Below, in pieces: positions 56,575-64,000 of a DNA stretch of 64,000 nucleotides (positions are counted from its first letter, which is position 1; every line of letters starts with the position of its first letter). The DNA is from Rhodoluna sp. GTDB taxonomy: Bacteria; Actinomycetota; Actinomycetes; Actinomycetales; Microbacteriaceae. The position numbers were made by a program, and so were the translations under genes. The DNA lies in contig NZ_JAHEIM010000003.1 of NCBI RefSeq assembly GCF_024639375.1, forward strand, positions 19,512 to 83,511, read 5' to 3'. The notes beneath the pieces were generated by a model, which saw only the letters and a program-made list of their open reading frames with translations, was not told the origin of the DNA and ran no database searches.

Positions 56575-57483
56575 ATGGGAGCACAACTGCGTGTCTACAG
56601 ACAGAAAATTAAGTCTGCACAGACCACCAAGAAGATCACTCGCGCCATGGAGCTGATCTCCGCATCGCGCATCTATAAGGCTCAGCAGCGCGTTGCTGCT
56701 TCGGCGCCTTACTCACGTGCTGTAACTCGTGCGGTTTCTGCTGTGGCAACTTTTTCTAACGTTGACCACCCGCTAACCACCGAGCCGGCTCGCATTGATC
56801 GCGCTGCAGTAGTTATCTTCACCTCAGACCGTGGTCTTGCTGGTGCGTTTTCATCAAACGTGCTGAAAGAAGCAGACCAGCTGGCCAACTTGCTTGAAAG
56901 CCAAGGCAAAGAGGTTGTTTACTACCTAGTTGGCCGCAAGGCAGTAGCTAGCTTCAACTTCCGTCGTCGCGAGTCTGTAAAGCAGTGGATCGGTGGCTCT
57001 GATTTGCCACAGTTCGACACCGCTAAAGAGATTGCCGATGCAGTAGTTGCAGCTTTCAACACCGATTACGCAGATGGCGGTGTTGACGAGATTCACCTAG
57101 TGTCAAACCGCTTCATCTCGATGATCGCTCAGGTGCCTGAAGTTGTTCGCCTTTTGCCTCTTGAGGTTGTTGAGGGTGTCGAAACCCCTGACGCGTCAGA
57201 GGTTTTCCCGCTTTATGAGTTTGAACCAGATGCACTCAAGGTTCTAGACGCACTGCTTCCGGTTTACATCGAGAGCCGAATCTTCAATGCAATGTTGCAA
57301 TCTGCAGCTTCTGAGCACGCAGCTCGCCAGAAGGCAATGAAGTCAGCTACCGACAACGCCGACAAGCTCATCAAAAACTACACCCGCCTGTCAAACGCAG
57401 CGCGTCAGTCAGAAATTACGCAACAGATTTCCGAAATCGTTGGTGGAGCAGACGCACTGTCTGTTGTCGACGACCAGGACTAA
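56575..57483 (+). CDS. atpG: F0F1 ATP synthase subunit gamma
   Basis: N-terminal [13 protein letters not shown] helix and C-terminal [12 protein letters not shown] helix. Confidence 0.93.
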   Translation: MGAQLRVYRQKIKSAQTTKKITRAMELISASRIYKAQQRVAASAPYSRAVTRAVSAVATFSNVDHPLTTEPARIDRAAVVIFTSDRGLAGAFSSNVLKEADQLANLLESQGKEVVYYLVGRKAVASFNFRRRESVKQWIGGSDLPQFDTAKEIADAVVAAFNTDYADGGVDEIHLVSNRFISMIAQVPEVVRLLPLEVVEGVETPDASEVFPLYEFEPDALKVLDALLPVYIESRIFNAMLQSAASEHAARQKAMKSATDNADKLIKNYTRLSNAARQSEITQQISEIVGGADALSVVDDQD

Positions 57484-58953
<1,470 letters not shown>

Positions 58954-58955
58954 TT

Positions 58956-59222
58956 ATGTCTGTAAAGACTCTTCACGTTGAACTTGTAGCTGCCGACCAG
59001 GCCGTTTGGTCTGGCGAAGCCAAGATGGTTGTTGCAAAGACTGTCGAAGGTGAAATCGGTTTGCTACCTGGTCACGAGCCAATGCTTGCAATTCTTGGCA
59101 ACGGTGAAGTGCGCATCACTCTAGCCGATGGCGAATCAATCAAGGCCAGTGCCGAAGATGGTTTTCTGTCAGTTGAGCACGACGTAGTAACCGTGGTTGC
59201 TCGTCACGCTGCACTGATCTAA
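58956..59222 (+). CDS. atpC: F0F1 ATP synthase subunit epsilon
   Basis: 88-aa beta-sandwich-type N-domain (LHVELVAADQAVWSGEAKMVVAKTVEGEIGLLPGHEP). The track start at 58923 overlaps atpD, so I trimmed to ATG 58956. Confidence 0.9.
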   Translation: MSVKTLHVELVAADQAVWSGEAKMVVAKTVEGEIGLLPGHEPMLAILGNGEVRITLADGESIKASAEDGFLSVEHDVVTVVARHAALI

Positions 59223-59234
59223 AGATTCTTAAAT

Positions 59235-59264
59235 AAAAAACCCGCTCGGTTGAGCGGGTTTTTT
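59235..59264. terminator. bidirectional intrinsic terminator after the atp operon
   Basis: aaaaaaCCCGCTCggttGAGCGGGtttttt between convergent atpC and the adenosyltransferase gene. Confidence 0.88.
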
Positions 59265-59284
59265 ATTTAATTCGAAGTCAAAAC

Positions 59285-59929
59285 CTATTCGGTGCGAGTT
59301 GGGTGTTCTGGGCGCTCGCGACGGTTTGCCGCAGGAACCCACTTAACATCGCCACCGTGCTTGATGTTGGCATAGCGAGCCAACACAAACAGCAGGTCGC
59401 TTAGCCGGTTGAGGTATTTTGCCGCAATCACATTCACGCCACCATTTGGGTGGCCCTTCTTGGCAGGCTCAGTGCCATAAGCCTCAATGGCGTGCCAGGT
59501 TGCACGCTCGGCGCGACGAACCACTGTGCGGGCCAAGTGCAAGCCTGCAGCTAGTCCAGAGCCACCAGGCAAGATGAATGAATCAAGTTTGCCCAGGTCT
59601 GAGTTGTATCTATCGATGGCAACCTCTAGTGCGTCAATCCAAATGGCATCCACTCGAAGTGGCTCATACTCATACGCTTCGTTCAGTGGGTTCGATAGGT
59701 CGGCACCCAAGTCAAAAAGGTCATTCTGAATCTGTGAAAGCAACAGCAATGTGTCGGCATCGAATTCATTTTTAGCCAGGGCAACCGCAACGCCAATCGC
59801 CGAGTTGGCCTCGTCAACATCGGCATATGCTTCGATGCGCGGGTCGGTTTTGCGGGTGCGTGAAAAGTCGCTTAAACCAGTCATGCCTTCATCGCCGGTT
59901 CGGGTATAAATTTTTGTGAGTTTGACCAT
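59285..59929 (-). CDS. PduO-type ATP:cob(I)alamin adenosyltransferase
   Basis: MVKLTKIYTRTGDEGMTGL start typical of the family. Adjacent to the atp operon, as in mycobacteria. Confidence 0.88.
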   Translation of the reverse strand: MVKLTKIYTRTGDEGMTGLSDFSRTRKTDPRIEAYADVDEANSAIGVAVALAKNEFDADTLLLLSQIQNDLFDLGADLSNPLNEAYEYEPLRVDAIWIDALEVAIDRYNSDLGKLDSFILPGGSGLAAGLHLARTVVRRAERATWHAIEAYGTEPAKKGHPNGGVNVIAAKYLNRLSDLLFVLARYANIKHGGDVKWVPAANRRERPEHPTRTE

Positions 59930-59935
59930 GGCACC

Positions 59936-59941
59936 AGTCTA
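59936..59941 (-). promoter_or_regulatory. -10 box TAGACT placed for a leaderless adenosyltransferase transcript
   Basis: Minus strand reads TAGACT-ggtgcc-ATG(59929). Confidence 0.45.
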
Positions 59942-59954
59942 GGGCGATGGCAAA

Positions 59955-59960
59955 TAGGCT
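59955..59960 (+). promoter_or_regulatory. -10 box TAGGCT placed for a leaderless yaaA transcript
   Basis: TAGGCT-aaagcc-ATG(59967). Confidence 0.45.
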
Positions 59961-59966
59961 AAAGCC

Positions 59967-60677
59967 ATGTTGTTTTTGTTGCCGCCTTCTGAAACCAAGG
60001 CTCCGGGCGGCAAGGCAATCACAATTCATCAAGCGGCCCAAACCTTTGGCGCACTGAACCCAGCCCGGCTCGAAGTGCTGCAAAAACTGGGGGATAAGTC
60101 ACTAGATACAGCGCCCACAATGCCAGCCATTCAGCGCTACACCGGCACTCTTTATTCAGCCATCCATGGCCGCGGTCTCAAGGGCACTCCGACCGAACAC
60201 AATCAACTAACCGCGGATGAGTTGAAGCTTGCCAAGCAACACGTATTGATTCAGTCGGCATTGTTCGGGCTGATCGCGGCAACCGATCTGATTCCGGTTT
60301 ATAAATTAGCTCCAAACAAACTACTTAATGGGCTAAACCTAAAAACCCATTGGAACGCCGCTCACGCGCCAGTGTGGCCGCGGCTTGCCAAGGGGCCAGT
60401 CATCGACCTGCGCTCTAAGGCCTATGCCGAACTAGCTCCGCTGCCAACAACGCTCGAAGCATTCGAGGTCACTGTTTATGTTCAGCGCGAAGACGGGAGT
60501 CGCGAGCAGCTGAATCACTTCAACAAGAAGGCCAAGGGGCAGTTAGTGCGTGCAGCGCTCACCGCAAATAAGTTTCCAGAAACCATCGCTCAACTCAAAG
60601 CCGCAGCTAAAAAAGCAGGCCTTGTGCTCGAGCAAGAGGGCAGATCACTGATTCTGATTACAACCTCAGCAACCTAA
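59967..60677 (+). CDS. yaaA: YaaA-family (DUF328) peroxide stress protein
   Basis: MLFLLPPSETK start and AIQRYTGTLY motif. Confidence 0.85.
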   Translation: MLFLLPPSETKAPGGKAITIHQAAQTFGALNPARLEVLQKLGDKSLDTAPTMPAIQRYTGTLYSAIHGRGLKGTPTEHNQLTADELKLAKQHVLIQSALFGLIAATDLIPVYKLAPNKLLNGLNLKTHWNAAHAPVWPRLAKGPVIDLRSKAYAELAPLPTTLEAFEVTVYVQREDGSREQLNHFNKKAKGQLVRAALTANKFPETIAQLKAAAKKAGLVLEQEGRSLILITTSAT

Positions 60678-60681
60678 TCCG

Positions 60682-61245
60682 CTAGCTAAGTTGCTTGCGC
60701 CTAAAGCAGCCCGGTGCGTGATCATTGACCATACCAATCGATTGCATCATGGCATACATGGTGGTCGAGCCAACAAACTTGAAACCGAGTGACCGCAGTT
60801 CTTTGCTGAGTGCTTCAGATTCGGCTGTCGTGGCCAACCATTCAAAGTTTTTTGCCGGTTGCGTGCGGCGCGATTTTGCTGGGGCGTGTGCCCAAACGAT
60901 GTCACTGATTGAGCGACCTTCTTTTTGCAAATCGATGACCAATTGGGCACTTGCGATGGTGTTCAAAATTTTGGCTCGATTGCGGATGATTGATGCATCG
61001 CCCATAAGCCGTTCAACATCGGCTTCCGTGAACTTCGCCACCTTGCGGTAATCAAAGTTTTTGAACACTCTTTGAAAATCTGAACGACGGCGCAGAATGG
61101 TGATCCACGAAAGACCCGCCTGAAAACCCTCGAGACATATCTGCTCGTAGATTTCTTGATCGCCAACGAGCGGCACACCCCATTCGGTGTCGTGATACCG
61201 AATGTAGGTCTCATCGTTGCCGGGCCAGGGGCAGCGGTCAACCAT
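60682..61245 (-). CDS. tag: DNA-3-methyladenine glycosylase I
   Basis: MVDRCPW...YHDTEWGVP...CLEGFQAGLSWITIL aligns residue for residue with E. coli Tag from its Met1 (187 aa in both). The track start at 61353 overlaps ogt. Confidence 0.9.
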   Translation of the reverse strand: MVDRCPWPGNDETYIRYHDTEWGVPLVGDQEIYEQICLEGFQAGLSWITILRRRSDFQRVFKNFDYRKVAKFTEADVERLMGDASIIRNRAKILNTIASAQLVIDLQKEGRSISDIVWAHAPAKSRRTQPAKNFEWLATTAESEALSKELRSLGFKFVGSTTMYAMMQSIGMVNDHAPGCFRRKQLS

Positions 61246-61741
61246 TAGCAACCAATCCTTCATGCGCCAATAGCCAACGCTTGGTCGGCAAGCCTTCACC
61301 ACCCGAGTATCCGGTGATTTTGCCGTCGGCGCCCAGCACCCGGTGGCAGCCAATAATCAAAGGCACTGGGTTTGAGCCAACAGCACCACCAACTGCGCGC
61401 ACCGCCTTTGGGTTGCCAATGCGCTGGGCAATTTGCGCATAGGTGATTGATTCACCAAAACCAACCTTGGCGATTTCGCCCCAAACAGCTCGTTGAAAAT
61501 CGGTGCCGCCAAGAGAAACCTCGAAATCAAGTTCAGTGCGCTTGCCAGCAAAGTAGCGCTCTAGTTGCTTGCGCGCTTCACCAAGCACCTTGGCCTTGCC
61601 GCTGTCTGCAATAGGGTCACCGCACATCTCTATAAAGACAATGCGGTTGTCTCGGGCAAAGAGAGCAATTGGCCCGATAGGAGAGTTAAAAGAAAGGTTC
61701 GCGTCAAATTCCTTATTTCTCAAAATAGTTTTGGGATCCAT
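61238..61741 (-). CDS. ogt: methylated-DNA--protein-cysteine methyltransferase
   Basis: Active-site GCHRV (canonical PCHRV), NPVPLII, and a YAQIAQRIG helix-turn-helix. Confidence 0.9.
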   Translation of the reverse strand: MDPKTILRNKEFDANLSFNSPIGPIALFARDNRIVFIEMCGDPIADSGKAKVLGEARKQLERYFAGKRTELDFEVSLGGTDFQRAVWGEIAKVGFGESITYAQIAQRIGNPKAVRAVGGAVGSNPVPLIIGCHRVLGADGKITGYSGGEGLPTKRWLLAHEGLVANG

Positions 61742-61774
61742 AGGAATTTGACGCGAACCTTAATTTGTGGAGAA

Positions 61775-63217
61775 CTACATCTTCTTCCAGGCGTGATCTA
61801 GCGCGCCTCGCAGAATCTGCTCGATCTCGTTGAATTCATCGCGGCCAATGGTTAGCGGTGGAGCAAGCTGAACCACAGGGTCGCCGCGGTCATCCGAGCG
61901 GCAGTACAAGCCCTCTTCAAACATGCGCTGAGACAAAATGCCACGAAGCAACTTCTCTGACTCTTTGTCGTTGAAGGTTTCGCGAGTCTTCTTGTCTTTT
62001 ACAAGTTCGATGGCAAAGAAGTAGCCTTCGCCGCGAACGTCACCAACAATTGGCAAGTCCTTCAGTTTTTCAAGGGTCTTGCGGAACTGCTTGGTGTTGC
62101 GCTGCACATTGCCAACCAAATCTTCTTCATCGAAGATGTCTAGGTTTTCAAGAGCAACCGCACATGAAACCGGGTGGCCACCATAGGTGTACCCGTGTGG
62201 GAACAGAGTGGTGCCGTGCTTGAACGGTTCGAAGAACTTTTCACTCATCAACAACGCACCAATTGGGGCATAGGCCGAAGTCATACCCTTGGCGCATACC
62301 AACATGTCTGGCTCGAAGTCATAAAGGTTCGAAGCAAACATGCTGCCAACGCGACCAAAACCATCGATAGTTTCATCCGCAACCAAAATCACGTCGTACT
62401 TGTCGCAAATTTCGCGAACCCGCTTGAAGTATGACTTTGGTGAAGTGAAACAACCGCCAGAGTTTTGAACTGGTTCCAAGAAGAACGCAGCAACTGTGTC
62501 TGGGTCTTCAAACAGAATCATTTCTTCAACGCGGTCGGCCGCCCAAGTGGCAAATTCCTCTTCGGTCTTGAAGTCATCCTGAGCGCGGTACCAGTTAGTG
62601 TTTGGCACTCGGAAGGTTGACGGTACCAAAGGCTCAAATGCCTTCTTCATTGATGGAATGCCAGTGAGCGAAAGCGCACCGTGCGATGTGCCGTGGTAGG
62701 CAACCGCGCGAGTGAGCACCTTGTGCTTCATAGGCTTGCCCTGGAGTTTGAAATATTGCTTCGCCAACTTCCAGGCGGTTTCATTGGCCTCGCCACCACC
62801 GGTGGTGAAGAACACACGGCTCATATTCTTTGGAGCATATGAAAGCAGACGCTCAGAAAGTTCGATGCCTGGCTTGTGTGCGTGAGACCAGAGCGGAAAG
62901 TAATCCAACTCTTTCATTTGTTTGGCGGCAGCCTCGGCCAGTCGTTCGCGACCGTGACCAGCGTTCACCGAAAACAGACTAGAAATACCGTCAAAGTATT
63001 TCTTTCCGTTTTGATCCCAGAAGTGGTGACCCTGAGCGTGAGTAATTATTGGAATTTCACCCTTAGCCGTATAGAACGGACTGTGGCGGGTGAAGTGAAG
63101 GAACATGTTGTCTTTTGCAGCTTGCTCCAACTGTTTTACTGTTGCCTCTTTGCCAGCTTTGCGAGCGTTAAGAAGCGGTGTGGCACGTTCTGCCTTTTTG
63201 CGGGCCCCGATTGCCAT
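61775..63217 (-). CDS. class III PLP-dependent aminotransferase (putrescine/omega-amino-acid type)
   Basis: AT-III motifs (ADETIDGFGRVG and the Lys in VCAKGMTS). Divergent from a PatD-like aldehyde dehydrogenase. Confidence 0.85.
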   Translation of the reverse strand: MAIGARKKAERATPLLNARKAGKEATVKQLEQAAKDNMFLHFTRHSPFYTAKGEIPIITHAQGHHFWDQNGKKYFDGISSLFSVNAGHGRERLAEAAAKQMKELDYFPLWSHAHKPGIELSERLLSYAPKNMSRVFFTTGGGEANETAWKLAKQYFKLQGKPMKHKVLTRAVAYHGTSHGALSLTGIPSMKKAFEPLVPSTFRVPNTNWYRAQDDFKTEEEFATWAADRVEEMILFEDPDTVAAFFLEPVQNSGGCFTSPKSYFKRVREICDKYDVILVADETIDGFGRVGSMFASNLYDFEPDMLVCAKGMTSAYAPIGALLMSEKFFEPFKHGTTLFPHGYTYGGHPVSCAVALENLDIFDEEDLVGNVQRNTKQFRKTLEKLKDLPIVGDVRGEGYFFAIELVKDKKTRETFNDKESEKLLRGILSQRMFEEGLYCRSDDRGDPVVQLAPPLTIGRDEFNEIEQILRGALDHAWKKM

Positions 63218-63232
63218 GAAATATCACTCTTT

Positions 63233-63256
63233 ACTTTTCTTTGAAACGAAGAAAGT
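63233..63256. promoter_or_regulatory. imperfect inverted repeat in the divergent aminotransferase/ALDH control region
   Basis: ACTTTTCTT-tgaaacg-AAGAAAGT, with one extra T in the left arm. Confidence 0.3.
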
Positions 63257-63299
63257 TCCCCGTTTATCGCCATATTACGCCTCTATATGTATTGGTGAT

Positions 63300-63305
63300 T
63301 AGAAT
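63300..63305 (+). promoter_or_regulatory. -10 box TAGAAT placed for a leaderless ALDH transcript
   Basis: TAGAAT-cgcggt-ATG(63312). Confidence 0.45.
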
Positions 63306-63311
63306 CGCGGT

Positions 63312-64000
63312 ATGTCGAAACGTGAACTTAATAACTTCGTTAATGGCGAATATGTTGCGTCAAAATCGGGCGAAACCAATGATGTAATCAATCCCGCGAA
63401 CGGCCAGGCCTATGCCACTGCAGCGGTTTCTTCTGCCTCGGATGTCGCCGACGCATACCAAGCAGCCCAGTCAGCTTTTGAGGAGTGGAGCAACTTCACC
63501 CCGGGCGAAAGACAGCTGGCACTTTTTAGAATTGCCGATGCCCTAGAGGCTCGTGCCGAAGAGGCGGCCGATGTTGAATCTGAAAACACCGGCAAGCCGC
63601 GCAGCACACTCGTTGAATATGAAATGGCACCATCGGTTGACCAGATTCGTTTCTTTGCCGGAGCCGCTCGAAACCTTGAGGGCAAATCTGCAGGTGAATA
63701 CGCGCGTGATCACACATCTTGGATTCGTCGTGAACCAATTGGCGTCATTGGTCAAGTAACTCCATGGAACTATCCGCTGAACATGGCGGTTTGGAAATTT
63801 GCCCCCGCAATCGCGGCCGGCAACACAGTTGTAATTAAGCCGAGCGACACCACTCCGGCATCTACTTTGCTATTGGCAGAGATTGCAGCAGAGTTTTTGC
63901 CGAAGGGTGTTTTCAACGTTGTCACTGGCAACCGTGACACCGGCCGTGCAATGATCGAGAATCCGATTCCACAAATGGTTTCAATCACCGGTTCGGTTCG
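63312..64000 (+). CDS. aldehyde dehydrogenase, gamma-aminobutyraldehyde dehydrogenase (PatD/YdcW)-like, 3' end outside window
   Basis: Not in the ORF track because it is open at the window edge. MSKRELNNFVNGEYV...FAGAARNLEGKSAGEY...PWNYPLNMAVWKFAPAIAAGNTVVIKPS is collinear with E. coli PatD as I recall it. Confidence 0.8.
   Translation, partial: MSKRELNNFVNGEYVASKSGETNDVINPANGQAYATAAVSSASDVADAYQAAQSAFEEWSNFTPGERQLALFRIADALEARAEEAADVESENTGKPRSTLVEYEMAPSVDQIRFFAGAARNLEGKSAGEYARDHTSWIRREPIGVIGQVTPWNYPLNMAVWKFAPAIAAGNTVVIKPSDTTPASTLLLAEIAAEFLPKGVFNVVTGNRDTGRAMIENPIPQMVSITGSV

Overview
This 64-kb window reads as core chromosome from a compact, streamlined actinobacterium, Micrococcales/Microbacteriaceae-like by gene content. 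All family calls come from motifs I recognise by eye; no search was run.

I call 66 protein genes (2 partial) and 2 tRNAs: initiator tRNA-fMet and tRNA-Arg(CCG).

**Gene content**
- Cell envelope and amino-acid genes: leuD', murA, plsC-like, gpsA, ddl, thiL, dapD/dapE.
- An actinobacterial conserved block: tatB, mrp, DUF1003, MgtE-N/CBS.
- A second conserved block: DEAD-box helicase, ferritin-like protein, DUF3107, an APH-like protein, nudC, uvrD-like helicase, an E1-like protein, a zincin-like protein, PDZ-LonC protease, UPF0182.
- murI-rph-rdgB.
- One small sugar-utilisation locus between tRNA-Arg and argS: a clan GH-J glycosidase plus an ABC binding protein and two permeases.
- The run argS-lysA-hom-thrC-thrB-rho-prfA-prmC-tsaC-wecA followed by the whole atpBEFHAGDC operon, in the same order I recall for Mycobacterium (there with rpmE between rho and prfA).
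- pduO-type adenosyltransferase, yaaA, ogt, tag, and a divergent aminotransferase/aldehyde-dehydrogenase pair.

I see no IS elements, prophage genes, CRISPR arrays, toxin-antitoxin pairs or recognisable defence genes, and no classical novel island.

**Best candidates for undescribed biology**
1. A tRNA-Arg gene whose 3' end sits 1 nt from the dedA start codon, so tRNA processing would generate a leaderless mRNA.
2. A pervasive TANNNT-N6/7-start leaderless architecture, including divergent gene pairs only 17-37 bp apart.
3. Four convergent gene pairs with interlocked stop codons.
4. Three conserved clusters of unknown function containing apparently catalytically degenerate proteins: an E1-like protein without a G-loop, a zincin-like protein without HExxH, and an APH-fold protein without the catalytic Asp residues.
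5. An MgtE cytosolic sensor module with no channel domain, coupled to DUF1003.
6. An atpB N-terminal conserved motif that lies upstream of any canonical start codon.
7. Low-complexity basic tails on Rho (with an in-frame hexanucleotide microsatellite), AtpA and the DEAD-box helicase.
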